DNA of 20,000 bases from Vermamoeba vermiformis (Eukaryota): the NCBI GenBank assembly GCA_045837725.1, contig JBEWZL010000152.1, positions 543,008-563,007 of the forward strand, read 5' to 3'. The notes under the pieces were generated by a model, which was given only the letters and a program-made list of their open reading frames with translations, did no database searches and was not told where the DNA came from. Position numbers and translations under genes: made by a program. The stretch's first letter is position 1, and every line of letters begins with the position of its first letter. Below, in pieces: positions 1 to 10,922 of this stretch.

Positions 1-3000
1 AGCAAACGCGGAACCGCGAAAAAAACATTAAGATGCTTTTATGATTTAAAAGGAGCGAGTGTATCGGACAAGGTAATGTACCGAAGCCAAATTTCTTATG
101 CAGTCCAGTAGCTGATCTCGGTCGGTTTTAGGACAAGAAAGTAACAATCAAATGCAAAAACGGACAAAAGGTTGTATTGGCCGATTTTTCCTCGTCGGCT
201 GACGCTGGCTCTTGGAAAGAGGCTATTCAAAAATCGATTAAACAAGCGGATGCGCTTTCCAAAGAGACCTTTCAACTATCTTGGCCGCAAGAATTGGACC
301 CTTATCGTACGTACCAAATGCTAAGCGGACTTTCCGTCGGTTAGTGGAGCGCAATCCAGAATCTAACGAGTTCCACTTTAGTTCCTGCCTCACATGTTGA
401 CGATGTAAATATTATTGCAAACACTCCTATAGGTAAGCTCAAGTTAATTCAACTTCCTGATAACTTTTGGAGTAATCGAAATTTTACATCCCACAGATCT
501 CGAAGGAGTTCACTTAGAAGATTCATACGGCGCAAAAATTCGACTATTTGAGCTTACTCGACAACCTCGAGTATTCGTATTATTACGACACTTTGATTGG
601 TAAGAGAATCACCGGATTTGCGTTTCCGGATCTTCCCTTTTGAACTCAGTGACCACTATGATATATCTAATCGAAATGGGTTATAATTATTGTACCATTT
701 ATATTGCAATATGTTATTTGTTTATCGGCACTTGATTCTGCCAATTCACACGTCAATCTCGTCATTCGCTAAACAAACTAAATTTTATTTATAAAATTAT
801 AGCCTGCTATCTCGACGCTCGCTTCGTAACTTGACCAATCACGCCAGGTTATTCGAGCAAAAGTACGTAATAATAAAACGATTAATCAATGTTTGTGTGA
901 TCCCTAACGAAGATTTTGTGCACAGAGGTTTTGAGTTGACAGTCGTTGGGCTTGGCGGCAAAAAAGAAGCGAATGCATTGAAGCACGAATTCAAATTGCG
1001 TAAGTCAAGCGAGCGATAGCATTTTTACACTTGAAACTAACCCAAATTAGGAACTATTTACCGCGATGTGGATCTCACGTTATACCGTGCGTTGAGTCAA
1101 CGACGAGGAGTGCGTTATGCATTGAACGATCAAACTAAAAATAATACGCTCAACGCATTGCAATCAGCGCTCTTGTTTGGTGCAACAATCCCCGACGAGT
1201 TTTTGTGAGTTAATAATTATTGTAAAAATCGTAGGATATTATCATAATTATTATAACAAGCCCACAACTCGGAGGATTATTTGTCTTCGTTAATGAAACG
1301 ATTTTATACGAGCAACGCGAACAATATGCCGGCGAAGATATGAATTTTGAAGCTGCAGTAGCGGTAAGTATCATTTTCAACGCGTATTATAGTAGAATGG
1401 GAGAATGGTATTAAATATTATCGCTATTTAGGCTTGCAAAGATTTTAATATCAAAACAAATCGTGACTTTTGGTCTTCACCCAAAGAAACAACACTGCAA
1501 CAACGTAATTGGGACAAAATAATTGTACGTAGAGTATAATATGATTACAATAAGTTTTCTAATATTTTATAGCCAATGGATTACAATGAGCGCTGCGAAA
1601 AATCACCATTCGTGTTGGATCACAGTTTTTACAACTACGAATTGGGAGCACCTGATGTTCCCTATGAATCGGAACTGCGTATCGATAATTTAGAAGAGGA
1701 CACGACATTTTATCGCTCTATTATGATGGAGCGCGAGCACTACAATTTTTTGGGCAAGAAGCGCGATGACCCCAATCTCGGGAATGCGTTCTTAATCTCG
1801 TACTTGCACGTGCCCCTGGAAGCTGATGAATTCTCTTCCAAGAAAGTAATATTCCGTGATAAGAAGGTAAGACAATTTCTTTTTTTGAGTGCTGATCTGA
1901 CACTTTGCGTTCTTAGGGCAGCGTTAGATTTATAATACCGGACTCAGCAATCATGTCTGAGTCAGAGATCCTCGAGTACATTCTATTGCGCCAAAAAGTT
2001 ATCAACGACAAGTCAGAGATTGAAAACTTGTCAATCGTGAAGATCACCGCTGACTCGATCAAAAAAGATTTGTGCAAGTTCGAGTCAATTTCGCTGTTCA
2101 AGAGCTACAAATTTGGTGTCATGTACATTGCTGCTGATCAAACCACGGAACAACAAATCTTATCGAACCGTATGTACTTGCTATACCACGATCCTACCGG
2201 CTCTTATTAACTAATTGTCCTCATAGAAAATCCAAGTCCCGATTTCTTTAACTTTATGAACGCACTTGCCGATCGTATCGAGCTGAAAGGCTTCACTGGT
2301 TATCGCGGTGGACTTGACGTGCTTCGTAAGTTATCGAGCCACATCTGAAAAGCTTGCTAACCTCTGGCTTGACAGATGAAACCACCGGCAAAGAATCATA
2401 CTACACCGAGTACGCTGGTTTTGATATAATGTTCCACGTGGCTCCTTTCTTGCCTTTCAATCAAAATGACTCGCAACAACTGGAACGCAAACGTCACATT
2501 GGTAACGATGTGGTGGTGCTCATATTCAAAGAGGGCAATCAGAAATTTGATCCCAAAGTCATTCCTACCCAATTTAATCGTAAGTTAATTGTCGCTAAAC
2601 TACTGCAAGCATTCTTCTTTATTAACATGGTATTAAGATGTGTATATAATCGTCGAAGAAGTGAAAGAAAAGAACGCATACAGGTAAAGAAGAGGAACAC
2701 CGGTTCTTCTTTGTTAATTATTGCGTGCTAACAATTGCTTCCTAGACTGTCAATTTGTGCTCGTAAAGGTGTCGTTCCATTCGCACCATTTTTGGAAAAC
2801 GATGCGCTGATTTACAAAAACGATCCCAATTTGCGCAATTTCATTTTGGCTAAACGTATGTGCAATAGTGGCTTAACGATATCAAGCAATACTAATCTTT
2901 GGCCTTTAGTGCTGAACTCTGAACGCGCCAGTTTGTTAGCTCATGTGTTCACTGACAAATTTGAACGAACACGCCGCGAACAATTAGAGCTGCTAATGGA

Positions 3001-3571
3001 TGGATATTTTGACGAAGATAAGGCCTCTAAAGTATGTAGAGTATAATCAAAGACATTACGCGATATTAAAACATTGCTTCTATAGCTCAAAGTGGTTACC
3101 GCGAAGAAAAAGACAGTCCGACTCAGATCCAAGTCAACGGTAATTCATCTTTAGATCGCTTAGCAGTTGTACCTTATGAGCTAACTTTGCTTCACGTTTA
3201 GAAAAAGAAGAACAAGAGCCATATCAACATTCAAGACGACTTTTTATCGCGTACCACAGACAGCCAGTCTTCGGCAGGCAGTTTTGAATCGCGCGACGAT
3301 GATTTGAGTGAAACGGCCTCACAATTCAGTGAAGCAGACAGCGTAGCGCCGTTCACTGCCTGCGCTAATCGTGCGCAACAAGAAGTTCCCGAAGGACTTT
3401 GAGTTCATGCAGTACCACTCGTCGATGAGCCTCAACAAGCTGTCGAGTGAGATTGGCAAGTTGATGCGACAGCGAGTAGGCAGTCTTGAAGTGCAAGGTG
3501 TCGTATTGAGAACGGAACACATGGCTCTGTTACGCGACGGAGACACGTTAGATGCGGTGTTCAAAGATTAG
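1..3571 (+). CDS. Multi-exon RapGAP-domain protein, 5' end outside the window: PH-like domain, AhpC/TSA-2 (PRXL2-like) thioredoxin-fold domain, RapGAP domain, C-terminal tail
   Basis: Exons joined at GT-AG introns give RapGAP motifs YKFGVMY, YRGGLD, IMFHVA and QQLERKRHIGNDVVVLIF (catalytic Asn). Exons near 480-1360 read VFVLLRHFDCLLSRR...GFELTVVGLG...IYRDVDLTLYRAL...QLGGLFVF..ILYEQREQYAGED. Bases 1-300 end in a PH-type helix (AGSWKEAIQKSI). The stop position is uncertain (about 3402 or 3571). Confidence 0.85.
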
Positions 3572-3754
3572 GCTTGTAGTGAGTAGCGAAACTTTGTAAA
3601 ATAATATTGTTAGAAATAAACATAATTTACCTATGCATGCTCGGGAACCTTACCAGTAAATTTCGACTTCCTTCCGTCCAGATTCCGCTCCGTGACAAAT
3701 ATTTCATTTCCGCAATCATTGGTAAATTTAATCTTAATCAAACGTACGACTATA

Positions 3755-5619
3755 ATGCGCACTTGGGAATACGCACTGATATTTACATCCTTTTTGCATT
3801 TGCTATTCGGATCACCTGTCACTCTGATCAGCGTCGCTGCCTCTCTAGGTCTGCAGGTTTTTCTAGAATCTCACCGATGGCAATTATATCCTGTATATGC
3901 AGCATCGACGATGTTGCTTCTGACTGCCTTATTTACGTTCTCTGGTAAGCACTTACGAACAATTTTGCATTTAAAATTGAAAAGAATATTTTAAAAAATG
4001 CAGTTCTAACTTACAACGTAATGTAGCATCACCTGCGATTATTGTTAGAATATTCTCATTTTTGGGTGTTGCAATTTCTGCAGCTCTCGGATTTGTGCTT
4101 CCAGGTACGCACTTATCGCTTCTGTTTGCTTCAATTGCCTGCTAAAATATTTACATCGTACATTAGTGCCTAAAATTCCAAAACTTGAAAAGCCAGTTGG
4201 TACATTGGAACATACCATACTTCGCAGCACTGTGTAAGTATCAATTAACACATTATTCGTCATTATTCTATTTTTAACGGTCTTTAAATAGTAACGACAC
4301 GCAGTACACTCTACTCACGAATCTTACTAAAGACGTTCGAGTTCGGATCTGGTACCCTGCTAAGCAATCTAACTCAATGTAAGTTGCTGACGTTTTGAGC
4401 CTCGCATTCGATGTTGATTGTTTCACAGCCCCGCAGTATATCGTAATTATTACCCCGAAGGGTCCGTCGCACCCATGCTGAAGATTGGATTGAGCGACAA
4501 ATTGCCGCAGTTCTTCGGCAGTCACTTTTACTTGATGAAGAGCAATGCTGCTTATGGCGCGCCAGTCTCGGAAGAACGCATGCACTGGCCCGTGCTGTTG
4601 ATGTCGCACGGTCTCAAAGGGTATGTCGCACCCGTTGTTCGAAGTATTCAATCTTTAACGTAAATGCAGCATTCCAGAAACTTACATCACGCTCGGTGAG
4701 CAATTGGCGAGTGAAGGTTTTGTCGTGCGTATCTAAGTGCTGTTGAGTGTGTTATTTACAACTAATCCATTTGTTTCAGGTCGTAGCTCCCCAGCACACT
4801 GATGGCACGTCACCGATGAGTTATCAGAACACCAACACGACGCAAGAGATGCGCAACCAACAGCTCAATCGGCGATGTGAAGACATGCAACTGGTTGTTG
4901 ACACGCTGAAGAAAGGTACGCGTATAAATCGAGCTGGATCACCGCTGACAAATAGCTGACGTGGCGATGATGTTAGGCGGCATTCCGTTGTTGAAAGATC
5001 ACATCGATCTGCACGAGCTTGGCATCTGCGGCCATTCATTTGGAGGTGCTACAGCGGTCAAGTACGGGCAATTGAATCCCGATGTTAAAGCACGAGTCAG
5101 CTGGGACGGTTGGATGCATCCGTTATTGCCCAAAGACTTGAAGACTCCCTGTGATGCTCCGATCATGTTCTTGAACAGCGAGTTGTATCAGTGGGAGGCT
5201 AATCTTGACGACATGAACACGATCTGTGCTCACACGAATGGCGGCGGCTATCTGTTGACGGTCAAGGGCACTTCGCACCACAACTGTAAGTTTGACAAGT
5301 GTGCTGCCGTAACAGTGCTAATGTATGTTGTTAGTCAATGACATCGCTCTTTATTCTCCAATTGTTACAAAGCAGTTGGCCAAGAAAGACAAAGGCTTTT
5401 TGGGTCCCATCGATCCGTAAGTATTCCGTTTGATCTTCGTTTCATATGTTTAAATTATGTTATTATAGTCTACACAGTTTAACCATTGCTTCAAAATCAA
5501 CGGCCATGTTCTTCCACAGAAAATTTGCGCACCTTCGCGACAATTCAGTTGTGAAAAAGCTTGTTGAGTCCGATTTTGAGCACTTTCCGGAGGTGAATTA
5601 TTCTTATTTGCATGGTTAA
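3755..5619 (+). CDS. Multi-exon PAF-acetylhydrolase-family alpha/beta hydrolase with a hydrophobic N-terminal membrane region
   Basis: ATG 3755 opens hydrophobic segments (RWQLYPVY). Later exons give VRIWYPA, VLLMSHGLKG, LASEGFVV-VVAPQHTDG, nucleophile motif GHSFGG, WDGW (Asp) and GTSHHN (His). The last exon ends ...YLHG-TAA at 5617-5619. Confidence 0.85.
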
Positions 5620-5759
5620 ATCTTTGTATGATTCTGTAGTTAAATGTCCGATCCAAAAATAGCCACAAAAATTCTCATTCGTTTCAACGAAATTTTTTTC
5701 TTTTTGTTTTTACCAAAACGTTCGCAACGACAACGTTATTGTTATAATAGTTAGGTGCT

Positions 5760-6347
5760 ATGCAATATCATTTTTTGGTGTTTGTTATATTATTTTCCGC
5801 AGTTTACTGCGAGTGGTTATACACGACGTTCTGCGGCAACCCGGATCTTTCTGGATTTGCAATTAATGGCAATTGCGTAGCACTAAATTCACAACAAGAT
5901 AGCTTTCGATATATTCAGTGCTTGGACGGTGTGAAAGCAGTTGAGTACAATTGCACCGATCCACTTTGTGCAAACTGCGAGAAGGTAGACACATACAACA
6001 TAAATGATTGTTACAAGAGCGGTATTTTCGATCTATTAACAAGGTGCTTCAATGAAGAGCCTAATTTTAACAAACTCGCTCGCCCAAATCACACCGTAAT
6101 CAAGCACTTTGTACCCAAGGCGAACTGTGGCTCAGAACCGTTGCACGCGGAGGTCTATCCCACAAACTTTTGCTTTGCCGGTCAGTCAGCATATACTAGC
6201 ATCCAATGCAGCAAAACAGCTTTTTATGCAGTCTCTTATTTCGACAACGATTGTGAAAGGAAATCAGACGAGATCCTCTTGCCTTTGAACAAGTGCCAAA
6301 ACGGTACTTACATTGAATGCTTTGGAAAGATTGGCACTGAATTTTGA
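5760..6347 (+). CDS. Intronless secreted cysteine-rich protein, 195 aa, unknown function
   Basis: Single ORF with a signal peptide (MQYHFLVFVILFSAVYC), many Cys and N-glycosylation sequons (NCT, NHT, NGT). Confidence 0.7.
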   Translation: MQYHFLVFVILFSAVYCEWLYTTFCGNPDLSGFAINGNCVALNSQQDSFRYIQCLDGVKAVEYNCTDPLCANCEKVDTYNINDCYKSGIFDLLTRCFNEEPNFNKLARPNHTVIKHFVPKANCGSEPLHAEVYPTNFCFAGQSAYTSIQCSKTAFYAVSYFDNDCERKSDEILLPLNKCQNGTYIECFGKIGTEF

Positions 6348-6852
6348 ATTACCACTTGTCAACTTCTTAGCCGAGCGTTGAATCGCGTTCCACAGCGCAA
6401 CGTAGCCGTAAAATTATTATTGCTTGTAAATAATAAAATTAGAGTTTTATTGGAGTATTTAAGAATTACGATTTAATTCGTGTTTTCCCTACAAACAATA
6501 CGAATCCGGATAAAACCGGATATAAAAATAATAATAACAACGGTGGTACACACAATACAAAATTTTCCGTTAAATATTCGATCTCGCTAGTTTTGCTAAT
6601 GCACTGCAGGCAGCAAGATTTTATTCGTGATTTAACTCTAAAAAAAGGGATTGTTTGTTTTGGCACGAAGCCGAAAGTATTGGCACGTGCTCGAAAGTCG
6701 CCAGAAAGAGTTCAGATCCTTCTGTCGGTCAACCGAAGAACATTCTTCTCCGAAGAAGGCAAATCGCTCGAAGAAATTTCTACAGCGAACCTAAAATTTT
6801 GTACCTCGAACTGCTGCTGTCCTTTCATGTTCTTTTACTTGCACTGCAACAA

Positions 6853-8561
6853 ATGAAGCTAATTATATTTATACTTTGCGCTTTATCAGTCTACGCTCAA
6901 GAATGTGTACCAGGTTACACTTACGACGCTAGTTTCAGTGGTTTAAACTTCACGTGCTCCATATCGGGCAGTTGGACTTTTATTCGTGGTCGTCAGACAT
7001 ACTTCAACGGCTGGCTTGAAGGTCCAAACGAAGGACCTTGCTTGTTCTACTCATCCGGATTACCATCTCAAATTTCAATAACCGTCAATAATAATGCGTT
7101 TGTGGACGGAAAACAATCGTACGCTCAATATTGCTATATTACCAATTTTCTAATTTATTTTTAGAACGTGGTCTTGCTACGGAGGTCATTCGTTAGTGTT
7201 GGATGTGCCCGCAGATTTACCTTTAGGTGAATCTACTTGGACGCTCATTGTTAGTCGTAACAACGTGGTCAATTATACAATGTGCTCGCATATTCGCATC
7301 ATAGACGTTCCCAAGGTGCCTCGAAATCCAGTTGACAAATCGAATCTAACGGTGCCCGCTCTCGAACTATGGGAGGCACATATGATCAAGTATGCTGATA
7401 AATATTGCCAGATTAGTGGATGTTGTTGGGAAGGCGCATCGTGGTATTATGATGGAGTTAAAGTGTACCATCAAATCCGCGATTACTTTGGCAACGATTC
7501 GTACATACCTTGCATCGAATCCCATCGAGACTACTTCGAATATGTTCTTTCTACTAAAGGTGCGTACCATGAATGTTCTCTGGATCTCATCTCGAGATTT
7601 GTTTTTAGGAGGATTTGGTGGTTGGAGAGTTTTTCCTCATGGCTTGTACCTCGAGTATATTCGAACCGGAAACGAGTCTTATAGGGACGGTGTCTTGTTC
7701 TTGGGCAACAATTCAGCGTTGGCGAATAGCGGAGGGGACGCATCTGCAGACAATAACCGAGAGACTGCCTATCTAATCCATACCTACAATATGATGTCTA
7801 AATTAGGTGTGGATGTTCCTAAGAGAGAAAAAGCGATCCAAAACGCCATCGGTCACGTCGATCAGTGGTTCATCTCCAAACAACCGTTCTTGATCCAGTC
7901 TTTCATGGTGGGCTTGACTTGCGACGCTTTTATCGAGTACTGGGAAGAAACTAAAGATGAACGAGTCCCTTGGATAGTCCAAATTGCACTTGAAGGGTAA
8001 GTGTCAAACAAAAGATCGTAATCCGTTGTACTTTTTAATTGTTTCTTCCAGACTTTGGGATGTATTTTACAACGAGACTGACCGAACATTGAATTACAAT
8101 ACCGAGTCACTGACATCGTACTATGATCTGAACTTGATTCTCGCACACGAATTTATTTGGTTGTGGGCTTATACCGGAAACACTACGTATCGGGACCGAG
8201 GAGATATTTTATTCGAAACTGGCGTCCAAAATGCCTACTTGGGTACGTAAATCAATACTTATTTTCAAGCGGAGTTAACAAATTTTTTAACAGATGGTGG
8301 AAAACAATTCTCGCAAAACTACGTAAGAATGAAAACACACTCACTACCATGTTCTAATTTTTTTTAAAGAGAAATTCGTTCAAGTTTGTTAAGTGGAGAC
8401 AAGATCCGGATTTGATATCCGGTGCAGCAGGACCAATTTCGCCCTCTGTCTCACCCTCTGGCAAAACTGTTAAATCAAGTGCAGGAAAGAGAGAAATCAG
8501 TTCTGTTCTGGCATTTTCTGCCTTAGTACTCGTTTCTTGCTCCCTTGTGTTAATTTCTTAG
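6853..8561 (+). CDS. Six-exon secreted, probably GPI-anchored protein with a putative alpha/alpha-toroid (glycoside hydrolase-like) domain
   Basis: Signal peptide MKLIIFILCALSVYA at 6853. In-phase GT-AG joins link the ORF pieces (WYYDGVKVYHQI, PHGLYLEYIRTGN, RETAY, FMVGLTCDAFIEYWE, DLNLILAHEFIWLWAYTGNTTYRDRGD, GGKQFSQNYR). A Ser/Pro linker and hydrophobic C-terminus (SSVLAFSALVLVSCSLVLIS) end at TAG 8559-8561. Confidence 0.75.
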
Positions 8562-8742
8562 ATCGAACACTGTAACGTGTAAGGGCAAAGCCTAGCTGGA
8601 TATATATACGAATATTAAAACTAATTAAATAAATAAAAGGGTTAAACACGATGACGTGTTATGTTTACTATCAGTGCGAGCCGTAATTGACCAAGGGTGA
8701 ATTAAGTGCGGAACTGTGCAAAGGAACGAACAGACGTACGAT

Positions 8743-9192
8743 TCACACTGACAGGTTCATTATTTTAGCCAAAAATGATTTGCCATTATCTGACTGTAGT
8801 ATTTCAGGGAACTGAAGCTCATTCAAGAAGAGTTCGAAGATGTAATGCACAATTGGCTCTACCTCTTGAGTTGGAAAGCACTTGGCCCAGGCAAATTTCG
8901 AGAAACAATCAATGATAGTGAGCATATGGCAGTCGCCTGTGATGGGGTCTGCATATTCGAAGCTAGTGAAGTCGATTTGAAGCCATTCCAAGATCCGATC
9001 AGCAGTTATTGGCTTAGTTGGTGGCTTTGGAATTCCAGTACATATTTTCATCATGGCACAATGTTCACACTTGTCAATGAATGTGTTGACATCGTTGGTA
9101 AGTCCAACCCAATAGTATTTGGCTTGTAGTTCGTAAATCATGGTGTTTAGGGCCAGGGCTGGCCACTTTTTTAAAATAAAATTGTACTTCAA
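8743..9192 (-). pseudogene. Truncated retroviral-type (rve) integrase fragment, Ginger/LTR/Polinton-like
   Basis: YYW...CEHC (end of the H2C2 zinc finger), then LQIDF, LTIIDCFSKFAW and PEILQSDNGKSF give the first two catalytic Asp. The ORF stops before the catalytic Glu, and no RT or gag is nearby. Confidence 0.85.
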
Positions 9193-9226
9193 ACATGGGT
9201 AACCTTGTTCTTGGTGCAGCAGGAGG

Positions 9227-9408
9227 GCGTCAGACCGTCTGACGGCCTAGGGATGGGGGGTGCGTCAGACGGTCTGACAGCCTCAGGTGCAAAGGCATTG
9301 CACATGCACCTGCACCCTCAGTCATGCACTGCAACAGCAAAGGGTGCAGACGGTCTGACGGCCTTGGACAGGGGGGGGGTGCGTCAGATGGTCTGATGGC
9401 CTAGGGAT
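9227..9408. repeat. Four copies of a GC-rich palindromic unit GCGTCAGACNGTCTGACGGCCTAGGGA, with G-runs
   Basis: Copies start near 9227, 9262, 9347 (partial) and 9381. The core GTCAGAC-N-GTCTGAC is a perfect inverted repeat in copies 1 and 2. Confidence 0.85.
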
Positions 9409-9410
9409 TA

Positions 9411-9441
9411 AACGATAACTATTGTAAAATCAAATAAATGC
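9411..9441 (+). repeat. Left terminal inverted repeat of the 9411-16163 element
   Basis: 26/31 ungapped identity to the reverse complement of 16133-16163. Confidence 0.7.
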
Positions 9442-9713
9442 GTTATAGATTATTTATAAATAATTAACTATTTAATCTATCGTAATATTGTGTTAAAATG
9501 ATAGTCACTCATGGATCTGACCGCCGAATCTAGGCAACGGCAGATCGCGAAAAAATTTATTCACTAAAAAGGGACCTGTTTTAAAGACTTACATCCTAAG
9601 CTTAGACTTAGCAGTTTCCAAAATATGACGCTTATTTGAGGTGTTTGTGCGGAGAATCGGCCCTGAACTTTTTGATTTTGGATCAAAGACCGACGTAGTC
9701 AACCACAAGAAAA

Positions 9714-10921
9714 ATGACTGACCGCATTGTTTATGATTATGTTAATGTTCCTTATGGGAAACCTATGGAAGAGACGATTGATTTACCTGCCCTGACGGAA
9801 GAGGATTTAAAAGAGTATCGGACCGTAACGACAAGGTAATAAATAATTTTAAATAATTTAATATTGGTAAAATATCAATCTTCCGTTGACCCAATGAAAT
9901 ATTATGATTTGCCAATTATTATTTTAATTCTTTAATTTTTTTTAGCACCGTTTTCAAGGACGATTACGGCAGTACTGCCATAGCTTTTTTCCAAGGGGTG
10001 CTCGAGAAAAAGACTGTCGATGACGCCAAAAAAGCTGCCCAGTCGTTATTAAAAAATTTAAAGCCATCTCAACCTGGGACTAGCGCGCATACAGGCGAAT
10101 GGCGAAAGAGCAGCGATTGGATATTCAAAACCAAAGACACAGTCAACGGTGAAGAGTACTACAAACGAGTTAACCGAAAGCCCTTTTGGCAGAATGCTGC
10201 CACAAAAAAGATCGTCAAAAAAGTTGATAACTACTTTTCAAGAACAGCGAGCGATTTATGCGAGGCATATAAAAGAATCAACGCAGAACGCATTTACGGA
10301 GGCTCGTACCTCATGTGCGTTATCAACACTGGGGTAGTTGGGCCTCATTACGACGAGAAAGACGAAATTGAAGGACTTTGCTGTGTCGTTCCAATGGGCG
10401 TATTTGATGGTGGCGACCTGGTGTTCCGACAACAGAAGCTTCGTTTTCAAGTACGAACAGGAGACATCATCTTCTTCCGCTCTCGCGAGTTGATGCACGA
10501 GAACTTACCTTGCACCGGAGAGCGATATTCGTTAGTCTTCACTACTGACCACGACTCGTTTACGGAATTTGGTCAACCTGCTCGTCAGTACATGCATTGG
10601 AAGCAACCAAAGTTAAACAGTCACGCCACTATTGAAGCACAAGGATTCAAACCCGAAGACGTACCCGAGTTACGCAAAACAAAGGTTGTTGTTATCGACA
10701 AGGTGTACACAAAACTAACGCGTGCAAATACACCACGAACAAAATTTGGTACGTTAAAGCTACCCTCACAAGATGGAAACCCAAGGGCACCAATTTCTCT
10801 TCGAAAAAATGCCAAGAAAAAAAAGAAGGCAACGAAGAGAAAGAGAAAAGAGATCGACGATGACGAGAGCCATTCTGAAGAAATATTGCTCGAAACAAAA
10901 AGACGGCGTATACAAAAATAA
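9714..10921 (+). CDS. TET/JBP-like 2-oxoglutarate/Fe(II) dioxygenase, ~365 aa, exons 9714-9835 and 9946-10921
   Basis: HxDxxD (PHYDEKD, His codon at 10346), GGDLVF, GDIIFFRSRELMHEN (distal His) and RYSLVF (2OG-binding Arg, compare TET RxSLVF). Lys/Arg-rich C-terminus resembles an NLS. The intron join is in phase. Confidence 0.8.
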
Positions 10922-10922
10922 T

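Noticed and set aside
3607-4651. ORFs 3607-3948, 3631-3822, 4045-4263 and 4274-4651
   Set aside because: Alternative-frame or antisense overlaps of the lipase exons and introns.
6420-6852. Short ORFs (6466-6666, 6593-6856, 5' part of 6655-7164) and a short GATTTWATTCGTG repeat
   Set aside because: No recognisable motifs or splice-consistent model. The real start is the signal-peptide ATG at 6853, and the repeat is too short to be significant.
8571-8747. Possible solo LTR or Ginger terminus (TGTAAC...TTCACA) where the integrase ORF breaks off
   Set aside because: No target-site duplication (AACAC versus CTGAC) and no second copy in the window, so it cannot be supported.
9205-9396. 63-aa ORF
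   Set aside because: It is only a translation of the GC-rich repeats.
9227-9408. CRISPR-like array of palindromic repeats
   Set aside because: Spacing is irregular, copies are degenerate, there are no cas genes and the context is eukaryotic.
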